A stretch of 64,000 bases of DNA from Eubacteriales bacterium (lineage in GTDB: Bacteria; Bacillota; Clostridia; Oscillospirales; JAAYXM01): assembly GCA_045537045.1 (NCBI GenBank), contig JAZSOS010000033.1:44838-108837 (forward strand). Direction: 5' to 3'. A program made the translations under genes and the position numbers. Under the pieces are notes generated by a model. The model was not told the origin of the DNA and did not search any database. It saw nothing but the letters and a program-made list of their open reading frames with translations. This document shows, piece after piece, positions 41,417 to 50,984 of this stretch; the stretch's first letter is position 1; each line of letters opens with the position of its first letter.

Positions 41417-43474
41417 TCATCTTATGAGAACACCGGTATTCAGGCGAACATCGTTTTCAAAGCTTGCTCCGAAATATGCATCAAAAACAGCCTTTGCAAC
41501 GGATGGAATTCGGCTTCCCTGACCGCCGTTTTCAACAACTACGGCAATTGCAACCTCAGGATCGTCTATGGGCGCAAACGCAACGTAAAGCGCGTGTGAA
41601 CCGCCGGGCGCCTGCGCACTTCCCGTTTTTCCGCCTACAGCCACGCCGTATGTTCCGAATACGGAATATGATGTTCCTCCTGCCTCCTGCGCACCGGCAT
41701 GCATTCCCTCTATAACCGCGTGGTATGTTTCTTCGCTCATATCAACACGCCCGACAATCTCCGGCACAGTCTTTTTCGTCTCTTCGTTTGTATCTGGGTT
41801 TCGCACGCTTTTTAAAAGATGCGGTTTATACCGTACGCCGCGGTTTACGAGCTGTGCAACGTAGTTTGCAAGCTGAAGCGGCGTTACCATGGTATCAGAC
41901 TGACCTATCGCCGCAGAGAGCGTCTCACCCGGATACCACGTTTTTCCCTTCTCCTCACGCGCCGTGCGAGATGCTATTTTGCCGGAAACCTCACCGGGGA
42001 TTTCAATACCCGTTTTCTCTCCAAGCCCGAAACGCGCCGCCCATGCGGCGAGGCTGTCGATGCCGACGCGCCTGCCCACGTCATAGAAAAAGTAATTGCA
42101 CGATACCTTCAGGGCTTCCGACACATCAATCTTCCCGTGCGTTTTTCCGTACTGGCGGAAAATATCGCACATCGGAGTTGTGCTGGGGGCATAGTACATA
42201 TACTTGCCCGTAGTAAGCATTTTTTCCTCCGGCGCTATTATGTTTTCCTCAAGTCCCGCAACGGCAGTTATCATTTTGAAAGTAGAGCCAGGCGGGAAAG
42301 CACCCTGAATTGTGCGATTGAAAAGAGGAAGGTATTTATCATTGAAAAGTGCATTGTACTGCTTTTTATACTGTGTTATGTCATACGTCGGATACGATGC
42401 GGAGACCAGAAGCCCTCCCGTCTTAACATCAACGGCAACCACAGCCGCACCCTTTGCATTGTCTCCGCCCCAGCGGGAATTGGTTTTTCCCTCTGCACGC
42501 AGACGCGGAACAAGCTCTGCAAGCGCTGCTTCCGCCGCTTCCTGCATCTTTAAATCAATCGTAAGAATACAGTTCTGACCGAGTTTCGGCGGTTCTTCAT
42601 ATAAAACCGTTGTTGTCTTTCCCGTTGTTGTCGTCTCAGTGGTTTTCGAGCCGTCTATACCGCGGAGATAATGCTCATAAGCCTTCTCTATACCGTCCTT
42701 ACCGACCATATCGGTCATTTTATATCCTTTTTTGCGAAGCTCGGCGTATTCCTCGCGCCAGATGATATCAACTCTGCCAAGAATGTGCGCGGCGGACTTT
42801 GTTTTGTATTCGCGAATCGGCTCTACTTCAATAAGAACACCGGGAAGTGTGCGCGAATGCTCTTTTATTTTGGTTACAAGCGTACGGTCAACGTCACGCG
42901 CAAATGTGTACGGTGCGGATTTTGAAAAACCGCGCATCTCCATTTCATAGCAAATACCGCAAAGCTTGCGGCAAAGCACCTTATCGGTTGTTTTTATGTT
43001 AAAGCGCTCGGCCAGGAGCATGAGAAACTCATCCGCCGAGAGGTTTTCTTCCCATTTTCTGTCCTTTATATATTCCTTAACCGCGCGCTCATCCGCGCTT
43101 CCGTCTCCATTTGCAAACGTGAACGCCACAGGAGAAGAAAGCGTAAGCGGCAAGGTGTCGATATACTCCTGTCCCGCGCCGTCGCAAAGGTTGACAAGAT
43201 AAGTAAGAACTCCCTCGCGGCCGTCCTTATTCCACGTCGTAGCATCAAACACAACAGAAAAGCTCATTCGGTTTGTAACCATCGGTCTGCCGAAGCGGTC
43301 AAGAATCTCCCCGCGCGGCGCGGTTACAGTTACTGTCCTCGACGTTCGCTTTGTTGAGCGTTCAAGATAATCCTCACCCGAAACAATCTGCAGAAAGTAA
43401 AGGCGACCAAAAAACACGACCGCCGCCAAAAACGCGGCCGCCACAAGAACCCATATGCGTTTTGAGTTCTGCAT
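41417..43474 (-). CDS. mrdA: penicillin-binding protein 2 (class B)
   Basis: RGEILDR, PGSTFK, SCN, KTG; in the mreCD operon. Confidence 0.92.
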   Translation of the reverse strand: MQNSKRIWVLVAAAFLAAVVFFGRLYFLQIVSGEDYLERSTKRTSRTVTVTAPRGEILDRFGRPMVTNRMSFSVVFDATTWNKDGREGVLTYLVNLCDGAGQEYIDTLPLTLSSPVAFTFANGDGSADERAVKEYIKDRKWEENLSADEFLMLLAERFNIKTTDKVLCRKLCGICYEMEMRGFSKSAPYTFARDVDRTLVTKIKEHSRTLPGVLIEVEPIREYKTKSAAHILGRVDIIWREEYAELRKKGYKMTDMVGKDGIEKAYEHYLRGIDGSKTTETTTTGKTTTVLYEEPPKLGQNCILTIDLKMQEAAEAALAELVPRLRAEGKTNSRWGGDNAKGAAVVAVDVKTGGLLVSASYPTYDITQYKKQYNALFNDKYLPLFNRTIQGAFPPGSTFKMITAVAGLEENIIAPEEKMLTTGKYMYYAPSTTPMCDIFRQYGKTHGKIDVSEALKVSCNYFFYDVGRRVGIDSLAAWAARFGLGEKTGIEIPGEVSGKIASRTAREEKGKTWYPGETLSAAIGQSDTMVTPLQLANYVAQLVNRGVRYKPHLLKSVRNPDTNEETKKTVPEIVGRVDMSEETYHAVIEGMHAGAQEAGGTSYSVFGTYGVAVGGKTGSAQAPGGSHALYVAFAPIDDPEVAIAVVVENGGQGSRIPSVAKAVFDAYFGASFENDVRLNTGVLIR

Positions 43475-43495
43475 AACTCTTCGCCTCCGTAATTT

Positions 43496-44014
43496 TTACT
43501 CTTCCATCTCCTCAAAGCTACGCCCCGTTTTCTTTACAATTGCATACAAAAACGGAGTAAACGGCAGTGTTGCAAGAAGCTCACCCGGAATTACATACAA
43601 AAGCGGCAGTGCACTTGCCTCTCCGCGAGCAAGCATATACACGCAGTAGTGAATGAAATGCATTGCTGAAATAAGAACCGCCCAGTCAATAATCGCCATA
43701 CCGAAGCTTTTCCAGTACATCAACGTATTCATAAGGCAAATCAGAAATGCGAGGGCAGTCATAACGATAATATAAAATCCCTCGTGCGAGGAATAGAACG
43801 CATCGCAGATGAAACCTCCGATAAGACCTGCAATCATGCCCTCTCCCACGCCCTCGTGCAAGGCTATTGCCGCAACGATGAAGGGGATAAGCGACGGCGC
43901 ACACGAGAAGACACGGAACGACGAAAAAAGCGTACTTGAAAGCAACACCGAAGCAAGCATCAGCGCGGCGTAGCACGTCCATTTATACAGCTTTTTGCGT
44001 ATATTCAGTGTCAT
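43496..44014 (-). CDS. mreD: rod shape-determining protein MreD-like membrane protein
   Basis: Hydrophobic, about 170 aa, between mreC and mrdA; G..AGLIGGFICD motif. Confidence 0.75.
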   Translation of the reverse strand: MTLNIRKKLYKWTCYAALMLASVLLSSTLFSSFRVFSCAPSLIPFIVAAIALHEGVGEGMIAGLIGGFICDAFYSSHEGFYIIVMTALAFLICLMNTLMYWKSFGMAIIDWAVLISAMHFIHYCVYMLARGEASALPLLYVIPGELLATLPFTPFLYAIVKKTGRSFEEMEE

Positions 44015-44026
44015 AAGCACTCTCCG

Positions 44027-44866
44027 TCAGTTTGTAATCTCAAAGCTTTTGATGACAAGCACGTGGTTTATACCGTCAAGGTCAACCGCAGGGCGGACAA
44101 TGGCATATTTTGATATCCCATGGCTTTCGTTTTTAACCTCTACCACGCTTCCGAGAACGATTCCCTTAGGGAAAAGCCCTCCGACCCCCGAGGTTTCAAT
44201 AACGTCACCGGCAAGAATCTGTGTGTTCTTCGGCAAGTAGCTTAATCGGAAAAGCCCTTCTGCCATAAGCTCGAAATCCCCCTCAGCACTTGCAACGTCA
44301 CGCGTGCGTGAGGCGATTGCCGAAGCCTCCATCGTAGTGTCCGTAAGTGCGGTAACGGTTGCCCACGTTGTTCCCACCTCGCTGATGAAACCTACCATTC
44401 CATCGGCGGTGATAACGCAGTTATCTGCCGCAATACCGGCACTTGAACCTTTGTTTATCGTAAAGCTGCGCGTCCAGTTATCCCCGTTTTTTGCAACAAT
44501 TTCTGCCGCTTCAAACACAAAGGATGAGTCGCGCTCGCGCATTGCAAGAGCGGCGCGAAGCTGTTCATTTTCCTTTTCTATCGCGCTGTTTTCGCGGATT
44601 GCCTGACGCGCAACCGACAGCTCATAGCGCAAGGTTTCGTTTTCAGCCTCAAGCTCGTCGTAGCGCGTTGCGCGTGCCGCCCGCTCTCCGAAAAAGTCCG
44701 TCACCGCGCCAACAGCACTCTGCACCGGCTCGGAAATGATGTTCACGAGCGAGCCGATGGGGGAAATTCTCCCACCGGACACGGCGGAAAATATGGCAAG
44801 AATAAGCGCAATCAGAACTGCAATGAGCGCTGTTACAACTGTTTTTTTTGAAAAAAAGTCATTCAT
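44027..44866 (-). CDS. mreC: rod shape-determining protein MreC
   Basis: TM, ENE.LR coiled coil, INKGSSAG, GMVG, TSG.GGLFPKGI; ATG overlaps the maf TGA. Confidence 0.92.
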   Translation of the reverse strand: MNDFFSKKTVVTALIAVLIALILAIFSAVSGGRISPIGSLVNIISEPVQSAVGAVTDFFGERAARATRYDELEAENETLRYELSVARQAIRENSAIEKENEQLRAALAMRERDSSFVFEAAEIVAKNGDNWTRSFTINKGSSAGIAADNCVITADGMVGFISEVGTTWATVTALTDTTMEASAIASRTRDVASAEGDFELMAEGLFRLSYLPKNTQILAGDVIETSGVGGLFPKGIVLGSVVEVKNESHGISKYAIVRPAVDLDGINHVLVIKSFEITN

Positions 44867-45414
44867 CGGATTTCCTCCAGCATTTGTGACAGGCGTTTCA
44901 TCGGAAGCCCTATAACATTGAAGTAGTCCCCTGCGATGTGCGAAACAAACTCTCCCGCACCGCCCTGGATTCCGTAAGCACCTGCTTTGTCCATACACTC
45001 GCCGGTGGCAACGTATGCGTCTATCTCGTCAGCGGAAAGGTCACGGAAAATCACTTCCGTGCAGACAGCATCGGTATATTCACGTCCGTTATGTATTATG
45101 CACACACCGGTGTATACCTTCTGCACACCGCCTGACATTGCAGTAAGCATTTCTCTGGCATGCGCCTCGCTTCTTGGCTTACCAAGCACCTCTCCGTCAA
45201 ACGCAACAACGGTGTCCGCTCCTATAACAGTATCCTCCGGATGACGGAGGGCAACCTCACGCGCCTTTATGCGCGCAAGCTCACAGACGTAAGAGGAAAC
45301 CTCGCCGCCGAAAAACTCCGGCTCGCACGCATTTGATACGTCTATTTCAAATTCAGTTGTCAAAAGAGATAAGAGCTCACGCCGGCGCGGAGATTTTGAT
45401 GCAAGAATCAGCAT
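44863..45414 (-). CDS. maf: Maf nucleotide pyrophosphatase
   Basis: LASKSPRRRELL, GADTVV, LGKP, DKAGAYGIQG, NVIGLP. Confidence 0.95.
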   Translation of the reverse strand: MLILASKSPRRRELLSLLTTEFEIDVSNACEPEFFGGEVSSYVCELARIKAREVALRHPEDTVIGADTVVAFDGEVLGKPRSEAHAREMLTAMSGGVQKVYTGVCIIHNGREYTDAVCTEVIFRDLSADEIDAYVATGECMDKAGAYGIQGGAGEFVSHIAGDYFNVIGLPMKRLSQMLEEIR

Positions 45415-45469
45415 TCTGTACTTCCTTCGCTTTCAATCAGAATATTTTCTGCAGCTTATCATTTTGCAA

Positions 45470-45904
45470 TCACTTGCGCCCTGTGCTTCCAAAACCGCCT
45501 GCACCACGCTCTGTTTCCGATATTGAATCAACAACACAAAGCTCCGGCGTTTCCACGGGTATAATGAGAAGCTGGGCAATTCTGTCGCCGGGATTTATCT
45601 CAAACTCTTCTTTTCCGAGGTTTATAAGCCCGACCTTTATTTCTCCGCGGTAGTCGCTGTCGATAATTCCAACGCCGTTCGCAAGCGAAATTCCGTGCTT
45701 TATTGCAAGTCCGCTTCTCGCGCATACAACTGCAACAAGGTTCTTTGACGGAAGCTCAATTGCAACACCCGTAGGAACAGGGAAAATCTCTCCGGGAGAG
45801 AGAATGTACTTTTCGGAAATATCCGCACGCAAGTCATATCCCGCCGCACCGTCCGATGCGCGCGTGGGAACCGATGCTGTGGCACTAAGCAATTTTATAT
45901 TCAT
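45470..45904 (-). CDS. dut: dUTP diphosphatase
   Basis: AGYDL, RSGLA, GIIDSDYRGE, RIAQL, RGAGGFGSTG. Confidence 0.95.
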   Translation of the reverse strand: MNIKLLSATASVPTRASDGAAGYDLRADISEKYILSPGEIFPVPTGVAIELPSKNLVAVVCARSGLAIKHGISLANGVGIIDSDYRGEIKVGLINLGKEEFEINPGDRIAQLLIIPVETPELCVVDSISETERGAGGFGSTGRK

Positions 45905-46014
45905 GGAAAATGCTCCTTTATCCTCTTGTTTTCGCATTTTTATTCTACATATAATTAGTATACCATACCCCGCGCCCGAATTAAAGATAAATTTGTAAAT
46001 TTTTCTTTTACGTC

Positions 46015-46085
46015 CTGCAGAAACTTGGCAAAATCGTGGCAGAAACCTGGCAATATTTTGGCAAAAAGATGGCAAAAAGATGGCA
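46015..46085. repeat. 11-bp-period tandem array of TGGCA motifs
   Basis: TGGCA at 46026, 46037, 46048, 46059, 46070 and 46081, plus degenerate CTGCA at 46015. Confidence 0.85.
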
Positions 46086-46246
46086 CCGCAAAAAATAAAA
46101 AATGTGATAATATAAAAACAGCCTGAAAACGCACACTTTTCCGGTGTGCGGATTTTTGTTTGTCAAGGGAAGGGAGAGAGAAGAAAATGACATAGAAAAC
46201 AGTTGCAAAAGAAAAACAAAATCATTATAATGAAAGGAGGAAAGAA

Positions 46247-46813
46247 ATGAGTTTAAACGAAACACTTTTTTTAGCAGTCTTTAACGGTGAAGATTTCTCT
46301 CCGGAGGTTTCCACCAGCAAAAAGTTCAAACATTGGGTAAGCTTGGATGACGAAAAGCGTTGCTTTGATTGCGGTGAAAACCACGGAAAAATATGGGGAA
46401 TGAACGAGCCTGCCAAGCCAAAACCGCCCATGCATCCATGGGATAGGTGCAAAATACAGCCTATGCAAGCAATTAAAGCCGGGACTGCTACTTCAAACAA
46501 CACAAACGGCGCAGACTGGTCGTTGAAGCACAAAGGCTTGTTGCCGGAATATTATATTACTCCGGACGAGCTGGAGTCTTATGGTTGGCGAAATGGTAAA
46601 AAAGTATCAAAATTCGTATCTGGTAAAATGCTTTTCGGAGGCATTTATGATAATGATAACCTTCATTTGCCTCAGAAGCCCGGACGGATATGGTATGAAG
46701 CCGATATAAACTACACCGGTGGAAAACGAAAAAAACAACGGATTGTATGGTCAAACGACGGACTTATTTTTGTTACATACGATCACTATGAAACTTTTTA
46801 CGAAATTATATAA
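46247..46813 (+). CDS. barnase-type ribonuclease toxin with N-terminal MuF-like (phage head morphogenesis) motif
   Basis: C-terminal LPEYYIT...GW...LP...RIWYEADINY..G.R...RIVWSNDG....DHYETF aligns to barnase; N-terminal W...D.K.CxxC...HG...PPMHPWDRC; AGGAGG RBS; no signal peptide. Confidence 0.85.
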   Translation: MSLNETLFLAVFNGEDFSPEVSTSKKFKHWVSLDDEKRCFDCGENHGKIWGMNEPAKPKPPMHPWDRCKIQPMQAIKAGTATSNNTNGADWSLKHKGLLPEYYITPDELESYGWRNGKKVSKFVSGKMLFGGIYDNDNLHLPQKPGRIWYEADINYTGGKRKKQRIVWSNDGLIFVTYDHYETFYEII

Positions 46814-46834
46814 TACAGGAGGAGGTATGAGAAA

Positions 46835-47119
46835 ATGGAAGAAATACGCCACGCAACACTTGACCTCAGCGGATGCAAAACCTTATGGGATTTGCATACC
46901 CGGATACGGGATTCATTAGACTTTCCGGATTATTATGGAAAAAACTGGCCGGCTTTCTGGGATTGTATCAATCGGGATTGCGAGTATAATTTCATCACCG
47001 TAACCGGAGAATCGAAGGTTGCAAGTATACTTGACAGCAGCGTTGCAAAAATGAATGAGATTCTGGAAAGAAACAAACAATACTGGCATGGTTATTTCGA
47101 TTATGAAATAATCGATTGA
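46835..47119 (+). CDS. barstar-family ribonuclease inhibitor (immunity protein)
   Basis: DLHTRIRDSLDFPDYYGKNWPAFWDCI matches barstar [26 protein letters not shown]. Confidence 0.9.
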   Translation: MEEIRHATLDLSGCKTLWDLHTRIRDSLDFPDYYGKNWPAFWDCINRDCEYNFITVTGESKVASILDSSVAKMNEILERNKQYWHGYFDYEIID

Positions 47120-47137
47120 TACCGTTCAAACATAAAT

Positions 47138-47279
47138 AGGGATTGTAGCGAAATGTATTTTGCTGCAATCCCTTTGGGGCTTTAGAAAAATAGTGCAGAA
47201 TGAACAAATCGGACCCGAAGCAGTACATAAGTACGTCGAGAGGTCCGATTTGTTTAGAGCATAAAGTATAACTTTATGC
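47138..47279. repeat. multi-hairpin dispersed repeat element (copy 1)
   Basis: AGGGATTGTAGC...GCTGCAATCCCT hairpin; AACAAATCGGACC/GGTCCGATTTGTT stem enclosing GAAGCAGTACATAAGTAC; GCATAAAGT/ACTTTATGC hairpin. Confidence 0.6.
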
Positions 47280-47330
47280 GGTCTGTGCTGTTTTGCTGCA
47301 GCCCCTTGCCGGTTAATCAATACATTTTCT

Positions 47331-49427
47331 TTACTCAACACCGCGGTAATAAAGTCCGCGGGTGTATTCGTGCGGAGCATAGGAATCGCCGCTTGCATAC
47401 GCATCAAACACCTGCACACACTCGCGCGAGTTTTCGCTTGTGAAATACAGCCGTGCAAACGCCGCGCCGACGCTTTTCCAGTCACGCGCCTTATCCGCAA
47501 GGAAAAGCTTCTTTGAATTTACGATAAGCGTTCTGTGATTAAATTCGCGCAGCAGCGGAAATGACGCACCGGTGCGGTCACAAAGTACATGGTGATTTGC
47601 ACAAACGCACGCACCAGTCTGCGCTTTCACAACGCAGTTTTCGCATATCATAAGCGGAAGCCTGCCGTATACAACGATTTCTGTGTCGATAATCTTGGAT
47701 ATATCCCGTATCTGAGGGAAGGTAAGCTCAGGCGAGAGCAATGCGGTCTGCACGCCGGTGTGACGGATTTCACGCAACGCATAAGAGTTGAAAACATTGA
47801 TGCCGAAATCAGCAAAAAGCTCAGAAAAGCCAAAGCGTTTTGCAAGCTGGATATGTCCGGTATTTCCGACCGATACGCGGAAAATGCCAGCTTCCCTTGC
47901 TTTTTCGGCATATATGCGGAGAAGCTCTGTCTCCGTGTCCTTTATTATGCGCGGAAGGACCGCAACAACTGCGCATTTTTCCGATATTTCACATATACGA
48001 GCAATATTTTTTTCGTCAAACTCGCAAAGCGGGATATACATATACGCAATATCGCGCGCAAGAAGCTCATCGCTTATCTGTGAAACACTTCTTACCGACA
48101 CCGTAAAGCGCGGCGGAGTTTTCCGGTTCACAAGACGGAATCCCGTGTTGAACTTGCCCTCCGTCCGCTCCGTTTTCTCACCGCCCGGAAGTTTGCCGAG
48201 AACCTCGCGGCGCAGTGCGTTAAGCTCTGACAGCGCAAGCGCGAGCCCCTCGCCAAGCTTTATGTTGACTTTGCTTACAACAAACCCCGTACCGCCTGTT
48301 TTCTTAAGCTGAGTTTCCACCGCCTCATAAGTCAGCGGAACGTTGCGTGCAGGCTCAGGAATCTTCCCCTCGGCGTATGCACGCTCGCCCTTGCCGTCGA
48401 TTGCGGCAAGCACCGCCGGGCGGTCTTTTTCTATTATGCAGAACATCTCTATTTCCGATGTTTTTTCGGGGATGTCTTTTTCATAAGTTTTCCGCGCCGC
48501 TGCAAGAAGATTTTCCGGCGCGTTTGTTTCTGTACGGATACCGAACATCTCTTTTCCGAATTCCCCTTTATAATACCCCTCGGTAAATCCGCTGCGTGAG
48601 AAAATGTCGTTTAAAATCCGTTTTTCTTTATCAGTTGCCGCACGACCTTCGTTTAATATGCGTGAATATATTCCCGTAACGGTTGCGACATACTCTGCGC
48701 GCTTCATGCGCCCCTCAATCTTAAGAGAAACAACGCCCATATCGGAAAGCTCGGTAATATAATCCGCAAGGCAAAGGTCGCGCAGAGAGAGTGGATATGC
48801 ATTCACACCACCTTCTCCAAGCTTGTATTGCATACGGCACGGCTGGGCGCAGAGACCGCGGTTTCCGCTTCTTCTGCCAATAACTGCGCTCATCTCGCAC
48901 TGTCCGGAGTAGCACATACACAGTGCTCCGTGGACGAAAACCTCAATTTCTATCGGACTTTCCTTGCATATATAGCGAATTTCCTCACGCGAAAGCTCAC
49001 GCGCAAGAACTACGCGTGAAAAACCGAGTGAGGAAAGATATTTTACTCCTTCAAGGTTGTGCACCGTCATCTGGGTGGATGCGTGTAGCGGAAGTTCCGG
49101 TGCAACAGACCGAAAAATACGTGCAACGCCAAAATCCGCGATGATGACAGCGTCCACTCCTGCGCGGTTTACATCGCGAGCAAGAGCCTCGACGCGTTCA
49201 GCTTCGCGGTCGGTGATGTGGGTATTTACCGTAACATAAACCTTAACGCCGCGCTTGTGAGCGTAGTCACACACGGCGGAAAGGTTGCGCTCGGTAAAGT
49301 TTTTTGCAAGGCGGCGGGCATTGAAGTCCCCCACGCCGAGATAAACAGCATCCGCGCCGTTGCATACGGCGGCGCGGAGTGCTTCCATACTCCCTGCGGG
49401 AGCCAGAATTTCAGCTTTTTTCTGCAT
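47331..49427 (-). CDS. U32 family peptidase-like protein (long, RlhA-like RNA hydroxylation family)
   Basis: EILAPAG, GADAVY, HASTQ, EVFVHGALCMCYSGQC, NRGLCAQPCR, KIEGR, C-terminal TRG. Confidence 0.88.
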   Translation of the reverse strand: MQKKAEILAPAGSMEALRAAVCNGADAVYLGVGDFNARRLAKNFTERNLSAVCDYAHKRGVKVYVTVNTHITDREAERVEALARDVNRAGVDAVIIADFGVARIFRSVAPELPLHASTQMTVHNLEGVKYLSSLGFSRVVLARELSREEIRYICKESPIEIEVFVHGALCMCYSGQCEMSAVIGRRSGNRGLCAQPCRMQYKLGEGGVNAYPLSLRDLCLADYITELSDMGVVSLKIEGRMKRAEYVATVTGIYSRILNEGRAATDKEKRILNDIFSRSGFTEGYYKGEFGKEMFGIRTETNAPENLLAAARKTYEKDIPEKTSEIEMFCIIEKDRPAVLAAIDGKGERAYAEGKIPEPARNVPLTYEAVETQLKKTGGTGFVVSKVNIKLGEGLALALSELNALRREVLGKLPGGEKTERTEGKFNTGFRLVNRKTPPRFTVSVRSVSQISDELLARDIAYMYIPLCEFDEKNIARICEISEKCAVVAVLPRIIKDTETELLRIYAEKAREAGIFRVSVGNTGHIQLAKRFGFSELFADFGINVFNSYALREIRHTGVQTALLSPELTFPQIRDISKIIDTEIVVYGRLPLMICENCVVKAQTGACVCANHHVLCDRTGASFPLLREFNHRTLIVNSKKLFLADKARDWKSVGAAFARLYFTSENSRECVQVFDAYASGDSYAPHEYTRGLYYRGVE

Positions 49428-49738
49428 TATTTCGCAGAAAGACGTGCAATTTCACGCTTTAAGTCCATAATTTCGGACTTCATGCGGCTGCCGTCCTCAA
49501 GATAATCCTTAAGCTGTGTGCGAAGATTTTCCGCAGTTTCAAGAGCCTTGTAATATTCATCAGAAATATTGACGGCGGAAAGAATTGCCGCCTCGATGAG
49601 AGAGAAGTTGCCGCCCTTCAAAACCTCGTTTACCTTTACGTCAACGTGTGCGGCGACGCGGCGTGTGTATTCCTCGTTCTCGCCGCTGACAAGACGGAGC
49701 TCTACCCCGCCGATGTTTACCGATATAGCGTTTTTCAT
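49427..49738 (-). CDS. zapA: cell division protein ZapA
   Basis: VNIGG...EEY...VA.HVD...AAILSAVNISDE plus coiled coil. Confidence 0.82.
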   Translation of the reverse strand: MKNAISVNIGGVELRLVSGENEEYTRRVAAHVDVKVNEVLKGGNFSLIEAAILSAVNISDEYYKALETAENLRTQLKDYLEDGSRMKSEIMDLKREIARLSAK

Positions 49739-49763
49739 GACCTCTACCTCCACATTATGAGTT

Positions 49764-50984
49764 TTATTTTATAATTGCTTTATGGAAGACCTTTTTACCC
49801 TTCTTTATCTTCACGCCGGCAGTGAGTGCATCCTTAGATACAACAAAGTCTGCCGCAGAGACCTTCTCGCCGTCAAGCGCAACACCGCCCTGCTGAACAA
49901 GACGTCTTGCCTCACCCTTTGACGGGCAGAGACCGCAGAGAAGAAGAAGGTCTAAAATTCCAACACCATCACCTACATCCGATGTTGATAACTCTGTTGT
50001 CGGCATATTCGAATCATCCCCGCCGCCGGAGAAAAGGCTCTTTGCGGCATCGCGTGCCTTGTCTGCCTCTTCCTTGCCGTGGACAAGAGCGCAAAGCTCG
50101 TAAGCAAGAAGCTCTTTCTTTTCGTTGATGCGGCTATCTTCCCACTTTTCAATCTCGTCAATTTCCTCAATCGGAATGAACGTGAGCATGCGGATGCACT
50201 TCATAACGTCAGCATCATCAACGTTTCTCCAGTACTGGAAGAACTCAAACGGGCTTGTCTTGTTCGGGTCAAGCCATACAGCACCGCGGGCGGTCTTACC
50301 CATCTTTTTGCCCTCGGAATTGAGGAGAAGCGTAATCGTCATTGCGTGGGCATCCTCGCCGAGCTTTTTGCGGATAAGCTCCGTGCCGCCAAGCATATTG
50401 CTCCACTGGTCGTTGCCTCCGAACTGCATATTGCAGCCGTATTTCTGATACATATAGTAAAAGTCGTAAGACTGCATAATCATATAGTTGAACTCAAGGA
50501 ACGAAAGTCCCTTTTCCATACGCTGCTTATAGCACTCTGCGCGGAGCATATTGTTGACGGAGAAGCATGCACCAACCTCGCGAAGAACATCAACGTAGTT
50601 AAGGGGGAGAAGCCAGTCGGCATTGTTGACCATCATCGCCTTTCCCTCGCCGAACTCAATAAAGCGCTCCATCTGCTTTTTGAAGCAGTCGCAGTTGTGC
50701 TGTATCGTTTCCTGCGTCATCATTGAGCGCATATCGGTACGTCCCGACGGGTCACCGATCATCGCCGTACCGCCGCCGATGAGAGCAATGGGGCGGTTGC
50801 CAGCCATCTGCAGACGCTTCATAAGGCAAAGCGCCATAAAATGGCCGACGTGGAGAGAGTCCGCAGTAGGGTCAAAACCGATATAGAACGTAGCGCGGCC
50901 GTTGTTTACGAGGTCGCGGATTTCGTCTTCATTTGTTACCTGCGCGATAAGACCGCGCGCAACAAGCTCTTCATAAATCTTCAT
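49764..50984 (-). CDS. tyrS: tyrosine--tRNA ligase
   Basis: GFDPTADSLHVGH, QFGGNDQW, KMGKT, C-terminal S4 domain. Confidence 0.97.
   Translation of the reverse strand: MKIYEELVARGLIAQVTNEDEIRDLVNNGRATFYIGFDPTADSLHVGHFMALCLMKRLQMAGNRPIALIGGGTAMIGDPSGRTDMRSMMTQETIQHNCDCFKKQMERFIEFGEGKAMMVNNADWLLPLNYVDVLREVGACFSVNNMLRAECYKQRMEKGLSFLEFNYMIMQSYDFYYMYQKYGCNMQFGGNDQWSNMLGGTELIRKKLGEDAHAMTITLLLNSEGKKMGKTARGAVWLDPNKTSPFEFFQYWRNVDDADVMKCIRMLTFIPIEEIDEIEKWEDSRINEKKELLAYELCALVHGKEEADKARDAAKSLFSGGGDDSNMPTTELSTSDVGDGVGILDLLLLCGLCPSKGEARRLVQQGGVALDGEKVSAADFVVSKDALTAGVKIKKGKKVFHKAIIK

Noticed and set aside
45905-46075. N-terminal extension of dut (and similar extensions of mreC, uraA, dnaD, SLH and Gfo ORFs) in the ORF track
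   Set aside because: The extensions run through promoters, repeats or neighbouring genes; downstream ATGs with an RBS match the family N-termini.
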